A DNA stretch of 64,000 nucleotides from Camelus dromedarius. Lineage: Eukaryota. Numbering within the stretch: position 1 is the first letter of the stretch; every line of letters begins with the position of its first letter. The notes beneath the pieces are model-generated. The model was not told the origin of the DNA. It worked only from the letters and a program-made list of their open reading frames with translations, and searched no databases. Below are positions 11,578-23,563 of this stretch, in pieces. Position numbers and translations under genes: made by a program. Location of the stretch: the NCBI RefSeq assembly GCF_036321535.1, contig NC_087447.1, forward strand, positions 13,144,001 through 13,208,000, written 5' to 3'.

Positions 11578-13033
11578 TGAATAGATGAATAAATGAATAA
11601 ATGAATGAAAAGGATTGATATTGAGCAGCAGAACATGAGAAGGTAGAGTAAGAGGAACTCAGGACAGCTCAACCTAAACTAATGAAGGCAACATGGTCAT
11701 CGTGTACCCACAAGGGTTCTGAAAGCTTCCATTTAAAGTCTTACATGACAACTTAACTGAATTTGATTATGGGCAATTCACTTTATCCCTCCAGAACTTT
11801 AGTTTCCTCATCTGGAAAAGAAGAAGAAAATAGTAATTATGAATAGCATTATTTTATATAAATGATTTCTAAATGTAGGTGATACTTAGAGCATTGAATA
11901 GCCCCATGATAAAACAAAGGAGACACAGTGAAATCAAGAAAAAAAAAAATTGAGCTCCATGATCATGGCAGAAGTGACCTTAGGAAGAGTCAACACTTTT
12001 AATACATAAGGAAGAACATGTTTAGTAAATTTCTTTGGAGAAAGAAGTATTCTCCATTCACAAGTCTGTATTGGTAGATTGAATGTTTAGCTGTTCTAAG
12101 TATATCCCATTATTAAGGACTCATAGAACATCTACTTAACAGGATCTACAAGTGGTCTCCTCAAAAACTCCACTAGTAACTAAGTTCTCTCTCCCACCAA
12201 ATGGTCATTTATAAGGCTCAAAATTAGGAAGCATATTCCTAAATTAAATTAATTTAATTAATGCTCATTCAGCCTTGGTCCCTTATTACATATGTAGCTT
12301 TAGCAAACTGTTAATTTTATGAACCTCAATTTTATCATCTATGAAATGCTAACAACAGGACTATCCTTGGTCATTTAATGCTTAGTGCAGAAGTCTCAAA
12401 TCAGGTGTGCCTTTAAATTATTTGAGAACATGTCCTACACTTAGTTAAAGCTCCCTTCCACCTGAATTTTCTAATGTTGTTTTTTCCAAGAAAATGCCAT
12501 CAGTTCCAAGTGTTTAAAATGTCTTTCCATGCACATTTGCCATGTGATTTTAAGAAGGGTTTTATATCCTGGATTCCTTTTAAATTTAGATTTTCCCTCA
12601 ATCTGAGAGTCACGGTTGTCTGCATTTCTAATTTACCTACATGTAGTCTTCATTTTCCCCTGGTTTTCCAAACTCCATCTTGTTCTGTCTGACTTTTTTT
12701 GTCATTTCATATCTTTGACTGTGGGAAAGGCAATCAGAGAAAAATTCAAAAGGAGAAATTTTCAACGTGTATCTCCTTCTTTATTTACATTGTTATTAGC
12801 TATCTAATCATCCAGACATAAGGTTTCCAACTATCCTATCAACCACAGTCCAACCTATAAGATTAACTTTAATGACTTTCTTAACCTGGTATGTAAAAGT
12901 ATAAGTACTTTTGAAGGCATTTTAGGCTAAATGAATCAAATTAAAATGTTTCAGCTTAGATTTCTGTAATACTTCTAGGAACTACCTAACCACATCCTGT
13001 TGTCAATACAAAACTACTTACCTCATAGAAGTA

Positions 13034-13164
13034 TTATTTTGGGGGGTTGGGTAATTAGGTTTAGTTATTTACTTAATACTTTTTTTTTAATGGAGGTACT
13101 GGGGATTGAACCTGGGACCTCCTGCATGCTAAGCATGCGCTCCACTACTGAGTATACCCTCCCC
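13034..13164 (-). mobile_element. tRNA-Ala-derived camelid-type SINE (Vic-1-like)
   Basis: Reverse complement reads GGGGAGGGTATACTCAGTAGTGGAGCGCATGCTTAGCATGCAGGAGGTCCCAGGTTCAATCCCCAGTACCTCCA, then an A-rich stretch and the AAACCTAATTACCC tail. Confidence 0.85.
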
Positions 13165-14686
13165 ACCCTATTTTAAACCTTTATTGTACAAAACCAAGTC
13201 ATTCACATCTTCCAATCTTCAACCATTTATCCCACTGAGATCCCACTTTTCCCCCCATTGTGTCACCATTTCACAAATTACTACCTAACTCTTCCAAGAA
13301 AACTTTGCTGTTTAAATGTTTCTCTTACTGCACTTTCTTTTCACATATAACATCATTATGTTTACACAATGCCTAGCATATTTTGCTATTTATTATGTGT
13401 GTATGTGTTTCTGTGTGTATGCATGCACATTTGAATGTGCATTAGCTTTTTCTCTGAATAATATCACTTTTTTAGGATAAGACTTACACTTACCGTTTCT
13501 TCTATTAGCCCCTAATGGGCTTAACATAGCGATCAGAGACATATTTTCAGTTTTAGGACAATGGTCCTCAGATAATAAAAGTAGAAATTAGCCTACTGAA
13601 CATAAGCCATGAACTAAGTAAATATTGCTGTGACTCGGCTCACACACATTTCCCCTGCCAAGAATTTGCTGGATTCCAAAATCCCTGAGATCAGAATGAA
13701 AGATGATCCCAAGCTGAATCAACTCACCAAATGCCATCTTTTCCTGATGTATGTTTATTGATGGCTTCCTTGCTAGGATGAATAAGCTGCATACATACTC
13801 TGTCTCAAAATTGAAAATTTTGTTTAAATATTTCCAGTCTTTTAATCAGAAAGTTGATGATTCTTACAAAATGTAATTAGTAAAGATACCAAAAAATGTC
13901 GTTTTTCCAACTATCAGGAAATTGTGAAAGGAGCAGGGAGATACCCTTGAGGAATAGACAGACCTAGAAATTATACTCTATGATTGTGTTATTTGTTTTA
14001 TATCTAACTGCCTAACCTTGGGGACATAGACCTTGGAGAATTCTGACAGAGTTTACTGTCATGAGGTACAAAGAAAATAATTAACGCAAACTTCCTCTTC
14101 TTCAACTTAGAGTGTAACTGACTCATTGACATGTTGCCTATGCCTTAAAAATATTGATCACTATATAGAGATGATACTTCTTAAAATCATAAAAAAATTT
14201 ACAATATATTTTCTAATGACCTTAACATAATTGTGGCTGATAGGATGTGTTTATTTAGTCTTATGTCTGGATGTGTATTTATATAGATTCGCAATGTTTT
14301 TTGTTCCATCCGGAATGCGCATGCTTTCAGCTGGGGGTTGATAGAGTTGGGGGTTGGGAGGGTGGGGGTATTTTAGGCATCCTGGTCATGGTCGTGGGTC
14401 CAGCTGTCTCCCTTCAGGACAGCCACAGAGGCTAAATATTGACCCAATGCAATTACACCACACACTTTCCTGATTAGGAAGTCCTGAGATACGTGCATAC
14501 GTAGGGGCGTCGGAAAACAAAGGTTACACGTATTGTTTAAAGGGGTTGATAATTCTTCTGCAGCTAATACTGAAAGGTTAAACCAAAGTGGTAGTCCACA
14601 ACTCAGCACCTAATTGAGGTTCACATTTGCAAGTGTAAGCTATTTTTAATATGGAGTGGCTAAGAAAAAAGACAGTATCTGCTTAC

Positions 14687-15240
14687 CTGCTTGAGCATCT
14701 CTTGGTTGGCCTACGTGAAAGCAGTTGATCTTTCAACTAAAAGCTTGTCAGGGATTAAATCATCAAAAGTGCTTTTAAATCCAACCAAAGGATTATTTTT
14801 AAAAAGATCACTTGAAACAGAGACTTTTTTTTCTATTTACAGATTTTTTTTTCTTTTACAAATTTCTCTATCTGCATTAGAGAGCAAAACCAAAAGAGTA
14901 AGATAGCTGAAGTCCATGTGGGCAGAAAAAAAAAATTAGTGCAACAAGTCCTACTTTTAATACTATTGATTCTATATATTGTCATGCTATAATTCTAAAT
15001 TTTCACCCTCCAAATTTTGTTCAGAATTGCATGCAGGTTTTAGTTAAAGAAAGAACTGTGTGTGTGTGGTACTAACTTGTTTTCATCCTCCAATGCGTGG
15101 TTTTGTTAAAGCTTCAAGACCTTAATTTCATAAGTTCTGATGGTGTTTTTAGATTCAGAAACCCAGACTATGGCTGTCCCAAGAGAGGGTTTGGGGATTG
15201 CATTATCTAAATAAATAAAAAAATGGATGTCTTAATTATG
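14687..15240 (-). promoter_or_regulatory. Candidate promoter/first exon for the OR at 10540-11499
   Basis: Near-consensus donor CAG|GTAAGC (exon ends 14687), O/E site TCCCAAGAGA (15177-15186) and TAATTA (15233-15238). Other strong minus-strand donors exist near 13493 and 13728, so the exon structure is uncertain. Confidence 0.3.
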
Positions 15241-16689
15241 TGTAATATGCTATCTTTGTGTGTTAAAAATATAGAAATATTTCAATAAAGTACTGCAAAA
15301 TTCAAAAGTTAAAGATTTGTTGAACCAGTGGGTGCCAAATATTCTTGATCAAGTGATAAATGAGAAAATGCATTTATTTATAAAATTTGTCTTTTTTTCC
15401 TTACTGCAGCAATAGGCTGCAGAGAGAGAAAACAAAGGAGAAATTAAAAGAGGGGAAAATTAAGCTGTAGGACATTACTTTTCAGGAGACATGTTGAGGT
15501 TCAAAGCTAGAGAGATATTAGAAAAAGTATATGAACCCAGTCAAATTGCTAAAAAAAAAAAAAATGTTTTCAAAAGGGAGCTATCATTTGCCTGGGATAG
15601 AAAAATTGACTATAACCAAAAGACTGACAGACAATAAAGGGAAATAGCAAAGTAGACTGGAATGCCAGGGGTACCCCAGATCTCTGCAGACCACATCATC
15701 AATAAAATTATTAGCACATGTTGAGAAGTATATAATTTCTGACACATAATTTTATCATAATGAAATTTAGGAAATTTTCTCAGTGGCTTAGAAAAAGGCA
15801 GATTCTTTGGGGCTATCAAAAATATTTCAGGTTCTCTTATGGTTAATTCTGCCAAAGTTTTGATGCCCAGAATTTTGGATTTTTTTTTTTTTCTGTAAGT
15901 TCTCTAGGGCAATCAGAAGAAGCCAGAATCCATACCCCTCTCCTTCCCATTTCTTGTGGCCACCATGTCTTCCATGACAAGAATTCTGCATCAGCTACGT
16001 GATTTTTTCAAGATATTTCATTCAGGGACCACTATATCACAATCATTCAAAAGGCTAATTTAATAAACCATGCTGTTACTACAGACTATGGGTTACTGGA
16101 ATTCCATTTTTATTTGCATGGTGCTTAGTACTGCCTTCAAGGCCAAGGATATGTCCAAATACTCATCTTTGAAGGTTTATTTCAAAAAATTACCACTACT
16201 AATCTGGGCTTATTTGGAAAATATAAACCTCACCAGGAGGTTATGAAAGGAAATTATTTAAGCATGTGTTGAAAAGTTGATTTAAAAAAGAAAAAAGAAA
16301 GAAACCTGATATGACACAGTGATGATTAGTGCAGGAAAGAGCTAACTTCCCTAGAATTGGGGATGTTCGAATTAACAGAATATAGAAAGATGGAGACAGG
16401 TGTCCTAGATCAAGAAACTAACAGAACCACAACACATGCATCTCTTCTTACTCTTTTCTTGTAAATCTTTATCATGATTGGTAACACACAATTAGAAAAG
16501 GCAAGTTATTATATTTAATTTCAACCAGTTATTTGCTTAAAGCAATCCAATGATCTATCATTTATTTTAAAACTTTGGTAAAACCTATCATAGTCATGGA
16601 TTATCTGTTATCTGCATTGAGTTATCTGACATTATCAAGGAAGGATGTTTTTGATGAGGTAAATGCTTTCATCAATCTTTCGCAGATTT

Positions 16690-17105
16690 TGAGCTGAATT
16701 CTTCAGGTCGCCCTATACTCCTGGCCCATAACATTTCAGCTCTACCAGAAGCAGATAACTATGTTGCAGCTTAATTTTGGGCTTAGCCACATGGTTTTCT
16801 TTGACTCATAAAACATCAACAGGTGAGACTCCAAACAGGAACTTGAAATATTATTTTGTTGTCTGAGATAATTTAATGTGACTCAGCTTTCAACATAGGC
16901 CATTAGCCAAATGGTCCAAGGAAGATGACGTGCACACAGGTGTACAGAGTGAAGACTGGCTGATGCAGTCAGCTCGGCCTCGATGCACAAGGGGCTCAGC
17001 CAGTCTCAGCGGAGCCACCTCAGCGCAGCCAGGGATTCAGAAGGATTCCTACTGCTGCCTCCTACTGGAGCTCACAATTGTTTTCTTTCTATCAATAAGT
17101 AACAT
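16690..17105 (+). mobile_element. Old MaLR LTR (MLT1-like) remnant
   Basis: Similarity to the remembered old MLT1 3' half (CAGCCAGTCTCAGCGGAGCCACC...TTTCTATCAATAAGTAAC). Confidence 0.35.
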
Positions 17106-17937
17106 GCTCAGTTAGATCTGTGTAATGTATCTTGATCAATATCATGGTTACCACATTGTACTATCATGGGGAAAACGGTAAAAGATATTGGGATCTCTCT
17201 ATATTATTTTTTTACAACTTCAAGTGAATCTAAAAGTATCTCAATCAAATTTCCAATAAAGAAGTAAATAAAGTAAAACCACATTGACTTAAGTGGAAAA
17301 ACCAGATTGATGGGCATATAGCTCCAAAATGCGCATCATTTTCTTGCACTAGCACATAGTGGCACTGTGGTTATGGTTGCCAGTTATAATTTAACTGTAC
17401 CGTATCTGGATGTTTTATGTGAGATATATTTCCGATTTATTTATTTATTTTTTTGCCTGGGAATCTTCCACTACCAAAATTATTCTTGTGGAATTAAATA
17501 CACATTCCTTAAAAGATATTACTACACATCAATACAAATAAATGAATAACAAAAAAGATATTTAGTGTTTTATGTCAAACTGCTCGTAATTACTACATTC
17601 ATATTGAGAAGTAAGCTTCCTCATTATAAGCTCTAACGCTTCAGATCATCTGAAAAATCCTACACTTCACATGACTTAATTGAATGAAAATTGGTCCAGG
17701 ACAATCACACGGTCATGTGTATTAACATAGAAACCTTTATGGTTCATAATCTGAAACAAAAATTTACTTTGAGAAGTCTTTTATTCCTACTATTGTCATT
17801 TTAAAGTGATTTCATTACACATAAGAGTGAACATATCTTGGACTTTCAGTTGCAAGGTTAGCAAGATTTGTGTATTGATTTGCTACTGAAAAACCCTTAC
17901 AGTACTCTCAAAAAGAAATAATGAATATCTTCTAGCT

Positions 17938-18915
17938 TTACACTTTTTCACAGAACAATTTAATATTGATTAATTTCTTCACTGACTCCTTCACATCTTT
18001 GTTCCTGAGGCTGTAGATCAGAGGGTTCAGCATGGGGATGACCACGGTGTAAAAGACAGAGGCCACCTTGACCATGAGCCATGAACTTTTGGAGTTAGGG
18101 ACACAGTAGAGAAAAAGGATGGTCCCATGGAAGATGGTGACAGCGGTCAGGTGGGAGGCACAGGTGGAGAAGGCTTTGTGGCGCCCCCCAGTAGAAGGCA
18201 TCTTCATGACAGTGATAAAAATGAAAACATAGGAAGTGAGAATGATCATCAGGCTGCTTACTTCATTGAATGTGGCAGAGACTAAAAGGACCTCCTGGCT
18301 AATGTAGGGGTCAGAGCAGGAAACAGCAACAATGGCAGAGTATTCACACACAAAGTTATTTATGATGTTAGACCCACAAAAGGATAAGGTCAACAAAAAG
18401 TATGTGTACGTTAGGGAACAAGCCACACTCCAAGAGTATGACACAGCCACCAACAAGGAACAGCGCTTCTGAGACATCACAGCTGCGTAGAGAAGAGGGC
18501 TACAAACGGCCACAAATCTGTCATAGGCCATCGCTGCCAACATGTAAGTCTCTGTCACAACAAACATGCAGGCAAAGAAGAACTGCAGGATGCATCCTGT
18601 GAAGGAGACAGTTCTGTCTTCTACAACCAAGTTTTCCAGCAGTTTGGGTATAACCACTGTAGAGTAACAGAAGTCAGCAAAGGACAAGTGGCTGAGGAAG
18701 AAGTACATGGGGGTGTGGAGACTGGGACTGAGCTTGATGGTCAGGACCACGCCCAGGTTGCCCAGCACCGTGACCGTGTAGACGGTCAGGAACACCAGGA
18801 GGAGGGGCAGCTGGAGTTCCGGGTACTCTGAGAAGCCCGAGAGAATGAAAGTGACCTCAGCACTCTGATTCTCTTGGTTCCTGTGGACAAAATATGAAAG
18901 TTGGTTCAGTGACAT
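17938..18915 (-). CDS. Olfactory receptor, family 5 subfamily D-like; true 5' end uncertain (325 aa from the first ATG; possible two-exon CDS)
   Basis: All 7-TM OR motifs intact ([53 protein letters not shown]). The ORF-track start at 18924 is TTG; the first ATG is at 18915, upstream of an apparent splice acceptor at 18881. Confidence 0.9.
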   Translation of the reverse strand: MSLNQLSYFVHRNQENQSAEVTFILSGFSEYPELQLPLLLVFLTVYTVTVLGNLGVVLTIKLSPSLHTPMYFFLSHLSFADFCYSTVVIPKLLENLVVEDRTVSFTGCILQFFFACMFVVTETYMLAAMAYDRFVAVCSPLLYAAVMSQKRCSLLVAVSYSWSVACSLTYTYFLLTLSFCGSNIINNFVCEYSAIVAVSCSDPYISQEVLLVSATFNEVSSLMIILTSYVFIFITVMKMPSTGGRHKAFSTCASHLTAVTIFHGTILFLYCVPNSKSSWLMVKVASVFYTVVIPMLNPLIYSLRNKDVKESVKKLINIKLFCEKV

Positions 18916-21900
18916 GAGGAGCAAAATTTGGACATGGATGGCTAAAATGAGGAAATGTCGAGAGACTTGGTGAATATCTGTAAGTAGTGTTGTGGAAAAT
19001 ACTTGATTTCAATTCTTAAACTTATTTTAAAAGCTAGAATTTACTAATGTCACCATTATAGGGTGAGTATAAAATTTGTGCAAATGGAAAAAGAAGTTGA
19101 GAAAAGTGGAACAATGGAGTTGACCTGTTATATTTCAAATGATCAGATCCAGTCCCCTCAGAGGCAGCTGGTTTCATGAGACAGATCAGTGTATGAGACA
19201 TGAATGAATATGAGACAGCTAAAGTCCTGCTCTTGAAAGAAATGTGTATCATACATTTTTACAATTTCTTCCTTGCCTAACTTATTTAACTGTGAGAAAT
19301 TAGAACTCAAAAGAGAATTATTGACCCAGCACAATGGTCAAGTTACTTTATTTTGCTTTTTTTTAACTACGGTTGGTGTAGCTATTACTGAATTTACCTT
19401 TCCAGTTAACTACTTAACACTCAGTCACATTTCTCTCCTCATATTTTAGAAATTTCCTGCAGAAGAATAATGTACTTCATCAGCTACATTTATCTAATTA
19501 TCAAAATTGTAAAATCTGTTACTGTTACGTCTTGTTCTATCAAGTAGTTAAAGAGACTCATGGTAGAAATAAACTTAATTATATTCTCTTCACACTATTT
19601 TTCTTATGCCAGAGAACTTTCTACAACATCATTATTAAATGGTCAACTTACTCTAACTCAAAACTCCCAAAGATGGGGCACTGCTTTCTGATGTATGATT
19701 AGACCGTGGTTTTCTACTGAGTTAAAGATTTTCTTGCTCTGAGTAGGTTTCCACAGACATAAAGATAACTCTTTCAGTGCCCTATACTGTTATCTTCATG
19801 ATCTTATCCAATAATTTTCTCTCTACTTGACCGATGGCCATGGTCCTACTCCGTCAACTATTGTCAGCCCTCAAAAATGACAACTTCAGCCACATCTGTA
19901 ACCTAGTAGACAATGTACTTATTTTCTGTCATTTACCATTTTATCATTGTCTGTTCCACAGAAAAATCAAATTCATGCAAACAAAGATGGAAGAAAGTAG
20001 GCACTCAATAATATGCATTGAATAAATAAATATATGAGTATGTGAGTGAGTAAAGTCTAGGTATATAATAAGCATATTGGGGTAAAAACTCTCATAATAC
20101 TCTAATTGTAATAATATTATAATAATATTAAAGAAGTTAGACTTGCCTACTAAGGCAGCAGCATGCTGTGAACTCACAGTGCACTGAGACACACCTGGAG
20201 TCCTAGGAAACAGCAGCCACTGTGCAAACTTCCTGGGCCCTGAGCTTCCTGAATTAGCATAAAATAAAGATACGTATGGAGATAAAAGGACGCACTGAAT
20301 TCTTTTTTTTAAAAAGGCCTGTGTTCCTCCAAAACGCTTCAACTGTCTTTTTTTTTTTCTTTTTACAGTAATTTTTTGCTATAATTCATTCTTCTCAAAG
20401 CCACTTCCAAATCTTTCTGAAACCTAAAATGGCACTTTGCATAAAGGGATGTTCATTCCACACAGAATTCTGTAAAAATCCTGTCTTATCAGGAGCTGAA
20501 ATCAAACACTGTTTTGTTTTCCAGTTATTACACCTTTACCCTCTCTATGCACACTTGAGGTTTTCCTGTACATACAGAAGGACATCATTCACATAGCCCT
20601 GCTTTTTCTTCTTCAATTGTTCCTTTACTGTCCTTTGATTTGACACTTGTGATTTAATCCCTCATCACATTTATGATTTCCTGAAAGTATATTTCAGTTT
20701 AACGTAAAACTCTTTTTAAAAAGACTGAGTTTTAAGTTAAATACTCAAACACAGAATGCAGATTCTGTAACTGAAGAGACTTTTTTCCCAAATCTGTGTT
20801 CATCCCCTGTGGTGCTTGTAAACAAAGTCTGAGTAGCCAGGACTGAGAAGGAAATCACCGCCATCAAAGATAAAGACATTTCGCCATGCATATTCAGTTC
20901 CTCCTCATGCACACATCTTCCCCACACCTGCGGCTCTGCGTTTCACCTCCTGCACTCTGTGTTTATCGGTGGCCAACGTTCACAATCTTGCATTTAGCCC
21001 CAGGAAGTGTCGATCGTGTTCAGCTGAGAACACGAATGTCCTGTCCACTGTTTCTCTCCCTTCCGGTGTTATCTCTCCTGGAACGATTTTCACATCGTAG
21101 ACCCACTATGCACTCAGTACTATAACAGGCTTTTCAGAAACTATACAATTATAAAACACGAGCCTCATTCTCAGTTTTTTTCCTTACGAGAAACATTCCA
21201 GGGAATAATGCATATAAGCACAAAAGACACATTGAAACACACATTTCTTATTTGTTATTTAAGTTTGTGTGGATAAAGTAAAGGATAAGAACATTGCAAT
21301 TGAGAAAAACTGAAACATTTCTCAGTGATGTAGGCTGGTGAATCGTAAGAGATAAATGTGGTGAAAGATAAGGAACTGAATACTTCTAGTGAGCTGCACT
21401 AAATAGGTCACCTGGCCATTAGTTTTACACATGTGCTATTTTCCTTTTAAAATGAAATAGGGATTGAAGCAACTCACCGGAGTGCAGAATTTGACTTATT
21501 CATTTAATGGAGTTTGTTTGCTAATATTAATGGATTCCAGAAAAATTCCTGCTGAGAATTCTACTATTTTTAGTATAGTAATAAACCTGAAAAAAAATAG
21601 GAACAGAAATCTACAGTATACTGCAATGAATATTTCAGGAATAATGACTTTTTCCTCTAATCTATTAAAAAATAAACTCAGAGATGACAAAGAGAAAAGG
21701 AGACAAAAAGCTGACCCCTAACACCAGACTGCTACGTTTATATGCCATCAAAACCTTAGGGAGCTTAACCCTGGAGAATATTGTTGACTCTCGCCTTGGG
21801 GATGAGAAATAGAGCAATTAGATGAAGCAATTCCCTGTGTGATGTTTTGGTCATATTTGATTTCTTCTGAAGATTGGGGAATAATTTCATCATAAACTCT

Positions 21901-21948
21901 AATCAATTGTCTTTTTAAAATGTTGAACAAGATATCTTTTGTCTTTAA

Positions 21949-22038
21949 TTTTTCTTTTTAATAAAGGTGCTGGGGATTGCACCCCAGACCTCAAGCGTGC
22001 TGACCATGCACTCTACCACTGAGCTAAATCCACTCCCC
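21949..22038 (-). mobile_element. tRNA-derived camelid-type SINE with target-site duplication
   Basis: GGGGAGTGGATTTAGCTCAGTGGTAGAGTGC head on the minus strand; TSD TTTTGTCTTTAA at 21937-21948 and 22041-22052. Confidence 0.85.
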
Positions 22039-22499
22039 TATTTTGTCTTTAAACACTGGAAAAATACAGAAATGTACAAAAGAAAAATCAGCTATTGGGC
22101 GACAATCCAAAGATTCTTACTCATTGTTGACTTCCGGGTTTTCCTTTGCTACATGAATATGTATTCATCAGTGTGTATCTGGAAATAAAACTTATACAAT
22201 ACATGCCATATTATAGTTATAGTGTTCATTATCCTTTCTTTAATTTAACATTGTGTTGTGAGCTTCATTTTCTATGAAAACCACCGATTTTGAGATAATA
22301 AGGTTTGTATTACTCTCCAAACATGAACACAGTTCTATTTAATTCTTAGATTTATTTTTGAAATTGAAAAAAGAGCTGGCACTCTGTTTTTTAAATTTGT
22401 AATCTAAGTTTATGGGAAGGAGAATGCATTTATTTTTTTGAGGAACTACCATATTTTAACAGATAAACATCTCAATTCCAGTGACTTGATTTAATAGAA

Positions 22500-22671
22500 C
22501 AGGTACAGCAAACTTTTCCTGGAAAAAGCCAGACAGTGTATATTTTAGGTTTTGTGGGCCATGTAGTCTTAATTTCAACATGTTGATTCTTCATCCTGAG
22601 GCACGGATGCAGTCACAGACAATACATGAACCGATAGGCCTGGCTTATGGGTTGTAGTTTGTCAACCCGTG
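22500..22671 (+). mobile_element. hAT-Charlie MITE (MER58-like), internally deleted
   Basis: Ends CAGGTACAGCAAAC...GTTTGTCAACCCGTG; 8-bp TSD TAATAGAA/CAATAGAA (22492-22499, 22672-22679). Confidence 0.75.
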
Positions 22672-23487
22672 CAATAGAATTTACTTCTTGATTATTCAGG
22701 GTGCAACCATTGTTTCCAGAGCAACAGGCTGATGCCCTCTGAGTAGGGATGTAGGCACCTAGGCGTCTTCCAAATCGTGGGTCGCAGCAATGTGGTTATT
22801 ATAACCCGATTATAACACCCTGGGAGAAGCAAGAATTTGCTTTTAAAAATCCTATGCCTTTCTGCATTGCGAGCACATCGAGGGTGCTCTTCACATGTTG
22901 AGATGCTTGAGTAATGTCCAGGGTATTTCCTGATTGGCAAAATCATGATAGGATTTTGAACTTTGGGTTGAACTATAAGGTTAACGTAGAATTGCAGGGT
23001 TAAGAAAGAAAAACAAAAGGCTTTTTAATCAGAAAAGATAGTCTGAGCCAAGATAGGAATTTGAATGTTCATGTTTCTATCAATCACTTAGAAATTGACT
23101 TTATGCAGTTAGCAGTACTAGAAAGAGTGGAGAACCAGCGGGTACCAGTTGCAGAAAGAATGTAACTGGGATCAGTGCCAGGAGTGGAACCTTGTGGCAG
23201 GGCTCCCCGCCAACAAGACAAGTGTGTAGTAATGAAGCGGTGGTGGTTGTAAACAGGTGTAGCCGTTGTGAAAGAAACTCATTCAGTTCTATTATTATAA
23301 TCATGACATTCAATTTGGTTGCATTACAGTAGTTTACGGAGACAGAAAGACGTAGTAACCATTTTCATTTTAGTTCAGAAGGGAGCATTGTGTTCTTGAC
23401 AGCATCTCACTGCAATTAAGTCAGTGGCTCCCGGTAACCATGAATAATTGTATACTCCCTTGCAATATGAAGTAATTATAGGTGAGA

Positions 23488-23563
23488 TGTGTGTGTGTGT
23501 GTGTATATATATATACACACATATATATATATAGTAATTATAGATGTATGTGTATATATATAT
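23488..23563. repeat. Compound (TG)n/(TA)n microsatellite
   Basis: Seen directly. Confidence 0.9.

Noticed and set aside
13090-13164. tRNA-Ala-like sequence ending in CCA (also at 21965-22038 and 25545-25623)
   Set aside because: These are followed by A-rich SINE tails, two have target-site duplications, and the D-arms are degenerate. They are tRNA-derived SINEs, not tRNA genes.
18916-18924. ORF-track starts at 18924, 57915 and 37627
   Set aside because: 18924 and 57915 are TTG codons, not used as starts in mammals. 37627 lies upstream of the acceptor at 37681; the OR-aligned ATG is 37705.
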